Assembly: GCA_951406725.2 (NCBI GenBank)
Contig: OX597823.1
Span: forward strand, 27,218,001 to 27,282,000
Direction of reading: 5' to 3'
DNA: 64,000 nt
Source: Octopus vulgaris
Taxonomy: Eukaryota
Position numbers and translations under genes: made by a program. The notes beneath the pieces are model-generated. The model did not search any database. It was not told where the DNA came from and saw only the letters and a list, made by a program, of their open reading frames with translations. Every line of letters starts with the position of its first letter. Positions within the stretch are counted from its first letter, which is position 1. Below are positions 13,403-28,041 of the stretch, piece by piece.

Positions 13403-13967
13403 GGCAACTTGCATAAATGTTTTCTGCTAAAGCTCCGGACCAATCAATACTTCGTGAGTGAATTTGGCTTTGGTAAATGGAAATTGCGCGGAAGCCCATT
13501 GTATGTATACATATGCAAACATATATGCAACAGGAGTGAGAAAAACATCGCAGACATGCTTGCAGATGTGAAGGGAAATTCTTTTCTACTCTAGGCACAA
13601 GGCCCGAAATTTGGTGGCGGTAGCCGATTAGATCGACCCCAGTTCACAACTGGTACTTAATTTATCGACCTCGAAAGGATGAAAGGCAACTTGCATAAAT
13701 GTTTCCTGCTAAAGCCTCGGACCAATCAATACTTCGTGATTGAATTTGGCTTTGGTAAATAGAAATTGCGCGGAAGCCCATTGTATGTATACATATGCAA
13801 ACATATATGCAATAGAAGCGAGAAAAACATCGCAGATATGCTTGCAGATGTGAAGAGAAATTCTTTTCTACTCTAGGCACAAGGCCCGAAATTTGGTGGT
13901 GGTAGCCGATTAGATCGACCCCAGTTCACAACTGGTACTTAATTCATCGACGCCGAAAGGATGAAAG
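13403..13967. repeat. About 282-bp tandem duplication spanning a SINE A fragment, a mariner fragment and part of a SINE B
   Basis: Unit starts GGCAACTTGCATAAATG at 13403 and 13685; the two copies are highly similar. Confidence 0.9.
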
Positions 13968-14126
13968 CAAAGTCAACCTCGGTGGAATTTAAAGACAGAC
14001 GAAATACCGCTAAGCATGTTAACGTTTCTGCCAGCTCACCACCTTACAGCTGTGAAGGGAAATCGTAGAATCACCATTCGTAAGTTATCAGAGCTTGTGC
14101 TGATTAATTACGGTTCGGTTCAATCC
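13815..14126 (+). mobile_element. Mariner transposase fragment interrupted by a SINE B (about 13862-14046, minus strand) with TSD
   Basis: Reads EKNIADMLADVK(R/G)N|RRITIRKLSELVLINYGSVQS; TGTGAAG(A/G)GAAAT is duplicated on both sides of the SINE. Confidence 0.65.
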
Positions 14127-14127
14127 T

Positions 14128-14361
14128 GAAGCTCCACGTTCTCCGGCAGTGGTGGTGGCAAACCCCGCTGTACTCTTTCACCACAACTTTCTCTCAATCT
14201 TTCTTCCTGTCTCTGTTGTACCTGTATTTCAAAAGGCCAGCCTTGTCACACGCTGTGTCACGCTCAATCTCCTCGAGGACCACTTGTCTGTGGAGTACTC
14301 AGCCACTTTTCCGTAGATCAGATCAACTGGAACCCTCGACATTGTGACCGACGGAGTGCCA
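14128..14361 (+). mobile_element. SINE family C, 5'-truncated, tail type 1
   Basis: GCTGTACTCTTTCACCACAACTTTCTCTC...GATCAACTGGAACCCTCG matches the 19736 and 27742 copies. Confidence 0.8.
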
Positions 14362-14417
14362 TTAATATATATACATTGTATTTACACACACACACGCACT
14401 CACACGTACATACCTGC

Positions 14418-14520
<103 letters not shown>

Positions 14521-14561
14521 CCAAAGAGTACGTACGTCGCTATGTATATATATATATATAT

Positions 14562-14673
14562 ACAAACTGGGACAAGAACGCAAGACATCCGGACATCTAG
14601 GTGATACAAAAAGGGCCAACAAAACATCCACCTAGCTGTCCAGATGTTTTGCGTTCTTGTCCTTGTCCTATTT

Positions 14674-14679
<6 letters not shown>
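14562..14679. repeat. Small fold-back element between (TA)n tracts
   Basis: GGACAAGAACGCAAGACATCCGGACATCTAGGTG / CACCTAGCTGTCCAGATGTTTTGCGTTCTTGTCC. Confidence 0.8.
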
Positions 14680-14731
<52 letters not shown>

Positions 14732-14739
14732 TCACAATT

Positions 14740-14839
14740 AAGATCCAGTTGCTTAAAGTATTTAAATTGAGGCACCTTGTTAGGTCGGAAAGATCCAGTT
14801 GCTTAAAGTATTTAAATTGAGGCACCTTGTTAGGTCGGA
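14740..14839. repeat. Perfect about 50-bp tandem duplication
   Basis: AAGATCCAGTTGCTTAAAGTATTTAAATTGAGGCACCTTGTTAGGTCGGA x2. Confidence 0.9.
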
Positions 14840-15851
14840 GTGACATGCACATTTTCGGTGTACTTTAGAAACCCCTTTTCAAAGTTAATTTAATCTGTAT
14901 TACAATTTCGTATGGTATCTTTTATTTTTATATTTAATAAATAACAATAATCTTGCTATAATTTTTTCTATATATCTTCACTTTTAAGAAAATGTTCTTA
15001 TTTTATTTTATATCCTTCGTAACATTTTTATATCTTTTATTTAAAAAATTTATGCTTTTATATATTTTTACATTTTACATTCTTTTTACAGTTTATACAT
15101 TTCTATGTGCCTCACAGTATCCTTTAATCTCATATTCTTACATTTTAACATACATTATAATCCTTATTTGATTGTGGGCCTACATTTTTGAATTTTCTAT
15201 CTGAATGTATTCCTTTGTATATTTTAAATATCTCTAATTTATTTACCTGATTACCTAGGATCGTATTTCTATTATGCCGTATCTTTATCCACCCGTAATG
15301 ATGTGGAATGCTTCTAATATCAATTCATTTCATATTCTAAGTATCTATTTATACTTAGAATATATTTCCGTTATCAATTCTATATACATTCTTTTTACCG
15401 GGGTATTTTATACATTTATATTTACTAAAATTTTATTATATATCATATATCTTAAAGTATCTTTTTATTATGGTTTTATGTATTATTTTATCATTCACCT
15501 GTACATTTAATTTTATATTTATTGCTATAATATAAATATGTTAAATTGTAGTGAACACCTTTTTCTATTCTCTGAATTTGATTTCCACCCCTATTTACTA
15601 TTACTTATTCCAGTAGTTTTCAAGACCTTCCCCTTTTAATACGATAATCAAAATAAGTAGTATCTGCTCTCCCTATTCCTTTTTTCTTCTACTCTTTCTT
15701 ATTTCTTCTACTTATCATCCCTTCCCTATCACTCACTCCCTTATTACTACCTCACGTCTTACCCTCTTCTGTGGATAAAGCCCGATGTATTGTCCCATCA
15801 AACATGATAGTTTAGTAGGCCGACAATATATTAATTAATTTATCACCGTTT

Positions 15852-16063
15852 ACTCTTTTACTCTTTTACTTGTTTCAGTCATTTGACTGCGGCCATGCTG
15901 GAGCACCGCCTTTAGTCGAGCAAATCGACCCCGGGACTTATTCTTTGTAAGCCCAGTACTTATTCTATCGGTCTCTTTTTTGCTGAACCGCTAAGTGACG
16001 GGGACGTAAACACACCAGCATAGGTTGTCAAGCAATGCTAGGGAGACAAACACAAACACACAA

Positions 16064-16094
<31 letters not shown>

Positions 16095-16265
16095 CATATA
16101 TACGACAGGCTTCTTTCAGTTTCTGTCTACCAAATCCACTCACAAGGCATTGGTCGGCCCGGGGCTATAGCAGAAGACACTTGCCCAAGATGCCACGCAG
16201 TGGGACTGAACCCGGAACCATGTGGTTAGTTAGCAAGCTACTTACCACACAGCCACTCCTGCGCC
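15852..16265 (-). mobile_element. SINE family A, full length
   Basis: Near-identical to 10701-11125. Confidence 0.9.
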
Positions 16266-16439
16266 GTTGACAAGAATACATGTACAACTCCCCTAAGACT
16301 TAATTCTAGGCAATATATATATGAAGTAAAGTCAGTTGTCACATCAAAGTGGCTGCTTCGTGTTGCTATTAGTTTAACCTCAGGAAGGGTCTCCGCCATC
16401 TAGTCATCGGTGCAACTCTACGCCCTTTATATACAATAT

Positions 16440-16598
16440 ATTTATTTCTTCATTGCCTACAGGGGTTAAACATAGAGGGGACAAACGTGGACAGACAAAG
16501 GGATTAAGTCGATAACATCGACTCCAGAGCCTAACTGGTACTTATTTAATCGACCCCAAAAGGTTGAAAAGAAAAGTCGACCTCTGCGGAATTTGAGT
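16440..16598 (-). mobile_element. SINE family B, 3' half
   Basis: Reverse complement of 62600-62748, diverged. Confidence 0.8.
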
Positions 16599-16609
16599 AA
16601 GTGACAGTG

Positions 16610-19345
16610 CAAGAGAATTCGAAGGCAAGATGGAGAGATTTAACAAAGGAGAGGGGTGAATCCAGATGTTCGCGGGAGAATGAGGTCGCGCCGATACAGT
16701 CATCGATATAACGACAGTATAGCTCAAGAGTGGGACCAGTGAAGAATGAGAATATTTGGGCCTCAACGTAGCCAACGAAAAGGTTCGCATAGTTGGGGGT
16801 CTATTCTTGTTCCTAATGAAGTTGCACAAGTTTGGTCCCGAAAGTGGTCCTGAAGAGGCGGGCCAGGTATTCCTCAAGAACGTTGTCGCATCTCCCCTCT
16901 ACTAATCCTCTATAGAATACCTTTGTAGAATTGAAGTCGTACAAGTTTGATCTCAGACGGCAGAGTTGCTCGAGAGCATGGCTACACTCGCCGTGCCATT
17001 CGCCCAGCCTCGGTCTCTTTGATCCACGATTGCAGTTCGGTCAAAGAGACGAGCTGCAGGAAAGCGTGTCTCACAAACGGCGAGTATCAAACGCTGGTGA
17101 TATCACAATCTCAGCGCATGTCTGCGCATCATTAACCACGGCATGCCCAGCCTTCCATTTAGCGGATGTTGGCAGCAAATGGATCGCTTGACCATCGGAA
17201 CGCTTCCCTTCCACAATAAGCGGAAGTGTATGAGTTCCAGTTTTGTGATGGTAGGGTCAGAGCAAGGTACGATGGTCAGACGGTAGTAAATGATGTATGC
17301 GATGTACACATTCACTACTTCAACCTGACCTTTTAGAGATAGCTTCCTCTTGGCCCATTGATAGGTGAGAGTGGTCACCCTACTCGTTTTCTCATCTGAG
17401 TCCTCCATTTGGAAGTCTAGACCAATCAGACCACAAGCAATTTAACCGGTCCGTCGGTCCTGTGTCCCACAATGGAGACGCTGTTGGACGGCATAGGATT
17501 GCTTCTCCAGGTGCCGAGTCACAAACCTGCTGACTTTTCAGGGTTAATTTTCGCTCCCGTCACCTCTTCGCATTCTTTTAGTGTCTTGCCTACCAGATCG
17601 ATATGCCTGTGATTCGACACTATGATGATAACATCGTCCGCATATGCAGACACGCTCCTCCTACTTCCCAGTTTTCGTGGGATGCCCTTCATCGTCGCCA
17701 GCTTCCACAGTGGTGGCTCTAGATGCAGAAGTGACGAGACCGAACGCGTGATGTTAAATGATCTGGATAGATGACCATTTACGCTAAGTACCAACCCTAT
17801 CAAAAGCTTTCGAGTGATGCGAGTTCATCAGCGCCCCACCCATGCGAGGTCATGCATACTTCTACCCGGCACGACGCATGTTTGCGCCTTGTCGACCAGT
17901 TTCTCGATGACAAGCGCCAACCTAGCACATGGCCAAAATCAAATATGCGCTGTGCAGAGTGATAGGCCGGAAATTATCTATAACGTACTCCTTGTTTGGA
18001 TATTTCTTTAGCGTTGTCACCGCTCCTCGGCTCACAAAACTGGGGATACTCTCGTTTTGCTGCCAGTTGCAGTAGACTGTTGCTAAGACTTTTCCAAACA
18101 AGTCTAGCATATGACAATAAAGCTATTAGGGCAAACCATCTAAGCGGGGCGACTTGTCTCTCACACAGCCTACCATCACATTCCGTATATCTGCGGCTGT
18201 GATGGAACTTTCACAACAACCCGCCTCTCTTACCGAAAGTCGTGGTAGGCCATGCAGGTAGGCGCTAAAGTCCACTCTCCGTTCTGACCCACCAGTCGTT
18301 CCGAATAATCAGGCAAAATGCTGCTGAATGACCTCTCACATCCTTTCCGGCTCGAGTAATTCGCGCCACAGCTCATCTATCAATGACCGAATGATGGCTT
18401 TGTTACTACGTTGCGCCTCCACAACCGTGGCCTTTCGGGTGGCTGATTTCTCAGGGTATGCATACTAGCTCTGATAACGAAAACTTTGTATTTGGTGTTG
18501 GTTGGTCAAGGGCCAACCTCGCCGCCATCATGTTGGACGCGTTGCCAGTTCTAAGTGCCTCTTCTAATTTCTTGACTTAGTCTCCCTCTATTCTATTTCG
18601 GTCTCTCTAAGCGATTCTGCTTTGATTTCTCCTTTGGGGCAAACCACTATTTGCTGTTAACAAAGGTCCCCGTCAACGCCATTTTAACTAATGTGCTACT
18701 CCGGTCTGTGTAAGTCTGTCGCGCCAGTAACGGAGACTCTGCCTATGTATGATTCTTATCTAAGTCGAGCGTAGAGGTCACGAATTTGTGATCTGTGTAG
18801 CTGACTGTGTGAAATGGTGGACAGCCTACACTATCTCTATCCACTGTCCTACAGAATACTCTATTTATATACGATCTGGATACCCGATGCGGTTGGCCCA
18901 TGTCCACATTGGCAGATTCGAGTATTCCAGTAGATACCTGTCAGACAGTTGGAAACGTCTGAGCAGGTCTATGAGGTATTTGCATCCCATTCTCTTCCTA
19001 TCTATATCCACATTGTCTAAATGCATGTGCAAGGTAGCATTCCAATCCCTCCACTAAAAGCAAAAGTCGAGACGTTCCCAGGAAAACCTCTAGACGTCGA
19101 AAGAAATCCGGCCGACCTGATAAGGACGGTGCGTACACTGTTATTAGTCGGGAAGTTCAGCCATTATTGCCAACGAGATCAAAGACAACCAGCCTGCCCT
19201 CCGGGTCTAGGAATACTGCCAAAGTACCACCAACCATTCTCGGTAGACACTGGGAAAAATAACTATTTTAACTGCCGAATAAGGACCCGATGGTCCGCGG
19301 GTTGAAGAGTCTGGTTTCGCCGATGGCTATGTTATCTACATTTAC
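16610..19345 (-). mobile_element. Older, degraded Tx1/L1-clade LINE ORF2 (APE endonuclease + RT)
   Basis: NFRPITL, SAYADDV, GAKINPEKS, KRKLSLKG, GLGMP-like motifs; collinear with 29206-31966. Confidence 0.88.
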
Positions 19346-19584
19346 ATATATATATATGTGTGTGTAAGTGTTCGTATATAAGTACTGTGTGCCAATCGAA
19401 ATATCAATAAAGCAGTCAGTCTATCTCTTTAGTTACCAACACATCGATCTAGTTATCGAACTATTATCGATCTAATCCATCTGTCTATCCATTCATGAAA
19501 CTTTTTTGTCTATTGACATTCTTTGTTCATCTGTTTATCCATCAGTAACCCTCGCCGCAATGTATATATGAGTATGTGAGTGTT

Positions 19585-19649
<65 letters not shown>

Positions 19650-19735
19650 CTGTATGTATATATATGTATATATATATATATTGATTGAATACATTTTATA
19701 CATATATACACACACAATTATCTATCTACCTATCT

Positions 19736-20093
19736 ACGACGAGAGTTCCAGTTGATCCCATCAAAGGAAAAGCCTGCTCGTGAAATTAACGTGCAAGTGG
19801 CTGAGCACTCCACAGACACGTGTACCCTTGACTTTGTTCTCGGGAAGACTCAGCGTAACACAGAGTGTGACAAGGTTGGCCCTTTGAAATACAGGTACAG
19901 CAAAAACAGGTAGAAAGAGCGAGAGAAACTCGTGGTAAAAGATCACAGCAGGGTTCGCCACCACCCTCTACGAAGCCTCGTGGAGCTTTTAGATGTTTTC
20001 ATTCAAAAAACACTCACAACGCCCGGTCTGGGAATGGAAATTGCGATCTTAAGACCGCAAGACTGCTGCCCTAACCACTGCTCCATTGCACCT
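19736..20093 (-). mobile_element. tRNA-derived SINE family C, full length, tail type 1 (resembles octopus OR-type SINEs)
   Basis: Head GGTGCAATGGAGCAGTGGTTAGGGCAGC...TTCCATTCCCAGACC; body shared with 14128 and 27742. Confidence 0.85.
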
Positions 20094-20113
20094 TCACTTC
20101 TCTCTCTCTCTCT

Positions 20114-20722
<609 letters not shown>

Positions 20723-21109
20723 ATCTATATATATAAATACTATGTACATGTGTTTGTGTGTATGATATATATTTACATATATACATACACACACATATTT
20801 ATGTGTGTGTGTGTGTGTGTGTGTGAAACAGGGTGAATACTACTCCGCCAAAAGAAAAGGATCATATACCAAATATCCCAAAACGGAATTATGCAGAGAT
20901 GTAGTGCGCACTACAAACCAGTCCTATCAGTAAGTATTTGAAAGGGCAGCTGCTGAACAACAATCATTTTTGTACATGGCTCAAAAGACTGTACATTAAA
21001 TGACTGGCTGCATCAGTCTCACAGATGGAACTACCTCCAACATACAAGACCACCACAGCAAATGGACCCAAGCTGGACACCACTGGAAACAACACAGACA
21101 TCACATCGG

Positions 21110-22510
21110 TGCTCTTACTGAACATCAGAGGACTGTTAACTCAGTATAAGGACTAAAATTCTTTTCCTGAGAGACCTTGTTCCATGTATAGCAATTACGG
21201 AAACACACCTGAAACCAGATGTAGCAAATGCAGAAATACATATACCACAGTATGTTATATTACGGACAGACAGAAAAGAAAGCAAACAGTGATGGTGGAG
21301 TTGCTATGAACATACTCGAAGACCTTTTGTCACACTCAGTGTGACATAGAATGGCTACATGACTTTCTGCAAGATAGAAGTCAAGCAGTAGCAGCCAATG
21401 GAGCCACCTCCAATAACACGCAAATAGTGAGAGGTGCTCCGCAAGGCACTGTTCTGGGAGCGTTACTCTTCATAATGGCTCTCTTAGATATTCCCTCAGC
21501 CACACAGAGCCACGATCACAAGTTATGCAGATGATATAAAAGTCTCACAGGTGATGCAGAACCCTGAAGACGCTATGCACCTGCAACATGATTTAGATGA
21601 AATATACAAGTGGGCTGAGAAGTATAGCATGCAGTTTAATGCTGGAAAGTTCTAAGCCTTGTGCTAGCATCATGCAAAACTAAATGTAATAGCAATTAAA
21701 TACGTTGGACCTGGAGGGATTGCAATTCCAAAGACAGAATAAGTGCGAGATCTGGGAATTTACATAAGTCATGATGCATCCTTCCATGTGCATGTTGCTA
21801 AGTTGGCGATGAAGTGCAGGCGGGAAACCGGATGAATTCTTAAAACTTTTAAAACAAGAGATCAAGGAACGATTACAGTCCTCTGGAAGACATTTGTCCA
21901 TAACTGTTTTGACTATTGCTCCAAGCTATGGTCACCAACTAGTGTAAAATTAATTGCAGAACTTGAGGCAATGCAATGAACTACACGAAAATAGCCTCAA
22001 TGCAGCATATAATCTACTGAGAACGACTCAAGAGATTGAAGCTTTATTCCCTAGAGCGTAGGCGGGAAATATATATCGTAATATACAACAGGAAGATCCT
22101 GTAACTTCTTATCCCAAACGTTGGCATCGAGAGTTACACTAACGTTAGAACAGGGCGCCACTGCATAGTGCCAAAGAATCTAAATTAGCAATTTAACTAT
22201 AGGGCAAGAAATTGCAATAGCCTGGGCTTTAAAGGACCACAGCTCTTCAATATCTTCCCGGGGGCCCTGAGAGACCTAAATGGGATGGATAAAAATGTCA
22301 TAAAAAGAAAACTAGATCTCTTACTGTTAAGAGTCCCAAATAAACCAATTTCACAACAGGAAATGAAAATGAGGGCAGCAAATTCACTCATGCACCAAAT
22401 GTCAAGTTCTGAAAAGAATTAGTGAAGTAAAAATTTGTGTAGCAACACAAAATGGCGGTTCCCCAGCATGGCCACAGCTCGTGAACTGAAATTAGTTCAA
22501 TTCAATTCAA
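21110..22510 (+). mobile_element. Degraded, internally deleted CR1-clade LINE with intact 3' end
   Basis: LNIRGL and ITETHL (APE); GAPQGTVLG, YADD, RDLG, YSLERRRE, GPQLFN; tail (TTCAA)n. Confidence 0.85.
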
Positions 22511-22830
22511 TATATATGTATATTTGTGTGTGTGTGTGTTTATGAGTGTGTGTGTTTGTGTGTGAGCATATATATACATTTGTACGATATATACAAATAT
22601 GTATGTATATTAGTATTTACATATATGCATATATATATATGTGTGTGTGTATATGTATGTATATTAGTATTTACATATATGTATATATATATGTATATAT
22701 ATATGTATATATATATACATATGAATATATATTTATATATATATAAATATAAATATATATGTAAATATATACATATATATATATATATGTATGTATATAT
22801 TTACATATATATTTATATAAATATATATTC

Positions 22831-22863
<33 letters not shown>

Positions 22864-22864
22864 A

Positions 22865-23605
22865 CAATTCCACCAAAAGTGCTTTCATGGCATTTTAAAC
22901 GCCGCTAAATGGACTTCCAAACACGATGTCCTTGCATCTGCAAGTATCAGCTCAATTAAAACTATGATTTTGAGATACCAAATGAGATGGTGTGGCCATA
23001 TTGTTCAAATGGCGGGTGAACGCACGCCCAAACAGCTGTTTTATGGTGAGCTTGCAGAGGGGCAGCGCTATCGGCATAAACCTAAGAAAAAGTTTAAGGA
23101 CGGCATAAAGACTACTATGAAGTCACTTGGAATGGATCCAGAGGACATAGAAACCCTTGTTTAGGATCGAGCTGAATTACGAAAGAAAGTGTGAAGTGGA
23201 GTGAAAGCGTTTGAAGAGGCCAGGAGACACGCATACAAGACTCAAGAGAGATGTAAGGAAGAATGTTACGATCGAGAAGATGAATCACAATGACGTTTTT
23301 GCGTGCACAGTTTGTGACAGACCAGGCCTCTCAAGTGCTGGGTTGAAATCTCATTTGTGAACCCAAAGAAAACGAACATCTACCGATTATTCTGTGCACA
23401 CCTTTCAACGCAATGTATGCCAGAAAGTTTGCAAATCTAATGAGGGCCTCAAAAGACATTTTAAAAACCACAAAGATCAGAACCGATATGCAGCACTTGG
23501 TGGTCCAAATCGGATATGCATTTTATGTGGGTGTCTTTTCAAAACATAGCCATAATGATTCTAAGGTGTTGGTACAGGAAGTCGTCAAACTCTGCATGAG
23601 GAGTA
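22865..23605 (+). mobile_element. RTE-clade LINE 3' fragment with C-terminal C2H2-like fingers
   Basis: QMRWCGHIVQM..R.PKQLFYGEL..G.R....PKKKFKD; downstream CTVC..SAGLKSH. Confidence 0.85.
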
Positions 23606-23743
23606 AACAATCACCGTTTGTATATGTGTATATATATATGTATATGTACCGGAGTAAGCACATAAATGTGAAACAGGGTGGAAAAAAGAGTACCCAAATA
23701 CCACAGGTAGAGTAATATGCTTTATTTAAATGCAGCAGAAATA

Positions 23744-23798
23744 TAACAAAAGCTGTTACTCAGAGTTTCACGTTCCTGTTCGTCGGACAGTTTTGTTA
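23744..23798 (-). ncRNA. Type I hammerhead ribozyme motif (U4C core variant) in a PLE-type terminal fragment (23648-23810)
   Basis: Helix I AACAAAA-CTGT/ACAG-c-TTTTGTT; core CCGACGA; short helix II AC..GT; GAAA; helix III ACTC-t-GAGT; GUA site. Confidence 0.6.
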
Positions 23799-23957
23799 TT
23801 TTTAAATAAAGTATATGTATATGTATACATATATGTATATACAAATGTATATATGTATACATATATATATATATACATATTTATATTTATATATACATAT
23901 ATACATATGTATATATAAATATAAATATGTATATATATATATTTATGTGTGTATATG

Positions 23958-23991
<34 letters not shown>

Positions 23992-24081
23992 CGTGTACGT
24001 ATAATTTTGCTGATATTGCCATTTTCATACGCTAGCCACTGATATAATCATTTTAATGATTATATCCTCAATTTATAAGTA

Positions 24082-24520
<439 letters not shown>

Positions 24521-24578
24521 ATATATGTTTATATATATATATATATATTTACATATATTTACATATATTTATATACAT

Positions 24579-24611
<33 letters not shown>

Positions 24612-24977
24612 AGAAACGTTTGAAGAAGATTATATATATATATATGAATATATACAAATACATATGCTGGTACATTCATATTCTGAATCCTATTGATTGT
24701 CGCACAACTAATCAATCGCTCAATACATCAATACGAACACATTAATGCAATTGATAAGAAATAATTCCTTGCTGCTGAAGAAATACCATTTTGTCAGTGC
24801 AGGAAAATAGGCCGCTTTGTCTATTTTTGACATTAATTTCGAGAACATAGAGTTAGGGACCAATCACTTGGCGAGCGGGTTAAGGGTTAACTCCTCATAT
24901 CTTCTGTGCTTCGATGGACTGTCTACTGTAGTTATTTTATTTTATGTTGTCGATTATGAACAATAGCGTCGTTATTT

Positions 24978-25033
<56 letters not shown>

Positions 25034-25199
25034 ACACGCACACGTCTTCATATGCATACATTCATCTATCTTTCTATCTACCTAGCTATCTATAAAATGC
25101 ACTTGCGCGCGCACATAGGCCCACGTGTTCATATGCATATATCCAGCTATCTCTGTCTGTCTATCACTCTCTCTATCTACCTATCTATCTATAACCACA

Positions 25200-25245
<46 letters not shown>

Positions 25246-25628
25246 TATAAGCATGTGTTGTCATTCGCAAATCCATTCTAATCTACTGAATTCCACTCAG
25301 AAGGTTTTGATTGACCTGAAGCTTTTCTAGAATAGAAGGCACAGGACCAAATTTCATGAAATACTATAAAATCTTGGAATTAGGTTGTTGCGAAAATGGT
25401 TACCATCCCGTTTCTCCTGATCCCTGGTTGCAAGAGTAATTAACTCTCTGTGATGAACTTTATTCTATAGAAGTATAGACATGGCTATATGGCTAAGAAA
25501 ATCGCTTTACTGTCCTGCAGACTCGGGTTCGGTTCCACTGTGCGAAACATTAGCAATGCCCTCTCCTATAGACCCAGGCCGACCTATACCTATGAAGCAG
25601 TTTGGAAGCCTGTTGCACCGTATCATCG

Positions 25629-25690
<62 letters not shown>

Positions 25691-25694
25691 ATTT

Positions 25695-26056
25695 TTATTC
25701 TTGTTTCGATCATTTGACAGCGGCTATGCTGGAGCAACAAGCCTGGTACTTAATCTAGCGATACTTTTCGCCGAACCGCAAATTTACAGGGATGAAAGCA
25801 CGCTAACATCGGTTGTCAAGCACTGGTGGGGGACAAACACAAACACATAAATACACACACACACACACACACATACATAATTTATATATATATATATATA
25901 TATATATACGATGGGCTTCCTTCAGTTTCCGTCTACGAATTCATAAGTCTTTGATTGGCCCGAGGCTATAGTAGAACAAATCTGTCCAAGGTGTCATGCA
26001 GTGGGATTGAACCCGGAACCATGTGGCTGGGTTCTTACCACACAGCCACTCCTGCA
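25695..26056 (-). mobile_element. SINE family A, diverged (adjacent plus-strand head fragment at 25480-25625)
   Basis: Matches 10701-11125. Confidence 0.8.
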
Positions 26057-26063
26057 CTTATAT

Positions 26064-26161
<98 letters not shown>

Positions 26162-26260
26162 ATTAATCAATATTAGGGTAGCAAAAATTCAGTAGAAATT
26201 ATTTTGCCACCAGCGGTCTAGTGAGAAAAAGGAAATAGTCAGAGACTATTAATACATTCA

Positions 26261-26552
26261 ACAACAAATTTAGGAACGGCCATAATAGGCCGTTCGACCC
26301 ACTAGAAAAAGCAGCCAGGGCTTCAACCGCAAATAGTAGTAATTCTGGAAACAGAGGAAGATTGACTTGATTTAATTTAATCAGGCCGGTTTACCATTAA
26401 AAAACGCTGAAACAATGCATTGTCTAAAGATGAACAGGGTAAATGTTTTTTAATTTTTCCTCTGTTTCCAGAATTACTACTATTTGCGGTTGAAGCCCTG
26501 GCTGCTTTTTCTAGTGGGTCGAACGGCCTATTATGGCCGTTCCTAAATTTGT

Positions 26553-26555
<3 letters not shown>
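26261..26555. repeat. 99-bp perfect inverted repeat with 97-bp spacer, abutting (TA)n
   Basis: 26261-26359 is the reverse complement of 26457-26555. Confidence 0.92.
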
Positions 26556-26602
<47 letters not shown>

Positions 26603-27659
26603 CGTACATCTGTGTGTTTCTGTTTGTCCATCCGACTGTTTGGTAACCGGTGATGGTTTGTTTATGTCCTCGGTTCAACAAAAGAGACAGATAGAATATG
26701 TACCAGAATTTTAAAAAAAAGACTAACAAACAAACAAAAAACACAACAAATACCGGAATCAATTTTTTCGGCCGAATACTTCAAGACAGAGACCGAGCGC
26801 GAATGCAGTCCAATGGCTGAAAGGAATAAAGAATAAAGCTAAAAGGTTAGATCTGTAACCTGTTGCTATATCAACTGCAATGAGTCAATGAAAGACTGGC
26901 ATTTATGCTAAGTGATAATCAGAGCTTATTATCTATCATAAAGTATGACGTGACGATACTGATTTGATGTGGATTTGATATGGAATTCTGAGAAATAGAA
27001 TCATTTCAATTGGCTTCAAATAGTTCGACCCACCCCCAGGGCTGTTAGAAAAGATGAAAAAAATGCCTAGGTGGCATTACTTCTATTGTTCCATGCCTGC
27101 AATATTCCATAAATTTCTTGATTACCTTGAAGCCATGGGAAGATTACAGCAATTTATTTATGTTAAAGATAATAAAGACAACTGGAACATCATGTGGCAT
27201 TTCATGTAACAGTAGAATATGCGAATCATATTTGATATGTTAAATCATGGAAAATCGTCTTATATAGAAGAGCACCAAATATACTTTCCTTCTCAAAAGA
27301 GCTACCTCCTTTGCTTTGTTTTAGTTCAAATCAGGTCATCGTTCTCTTGCATCTAATCGGAAGCAATAAAATAAGTACTAACCAAGTATTTTGGTCGAGG
27401 GTGTTGGATGTAGTGCTGAAGAAAGACCCAATAACTTCTCCAACACGCATATACATTTATGAGCTATTTTTCTATCTTCGATCGTAGCTTTCACTGCAGG
27501 CTCTAAATTCTAAAGAAAATCTGTAGGGATAAACTTAAAGATGAAGACAATACTCTGCCAACAGAAACTAGGACACCGCATTGACTTATAAACCTATAGT
27601 ATACTTATTAGTTCATTATAGTTTCAAAACGGAACACAGTGTCCCTACAAGCAATTTTC

Positions 27660-27726
<67 letters not shown>

Positions 27727-27741
27727 TGAGTGTGTGTGTGT

Positions 27742-28041
27742 GAGGCGCAATGACTCAGTGGTTAGGGCAGCGGACTCGCGGTCGTAGGATCGCGGTTTCG
27801 ATTCCCAGACAGAGCATTGTGAGTGTTTATTGAGCGAAAACGCCTAAAGTTCCACGAGGCTCCGGCCGGAGGTGGTACCGATACCTGCTGTACTCTTTCG
27901 CCACAACTTTCTCTCGCTCTCCCTTCTGTTGGCCTGCTCACTTAGCTAGCGGGGTGGTGTCATTTGAAGGCTAAAACAATACGAAGCGCATTATAACCAG
28001 CGTTGTGTGGCAACATCTGATAGCCTGGTGGGTTACGGTGA

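Noticed and set aside
27742-27810. tRNA gene-like sequences (also SINE A and B heads)
   Set aside because: They are SINE heads continuing into repeat bodies; no complete cloverleaf or terminator.
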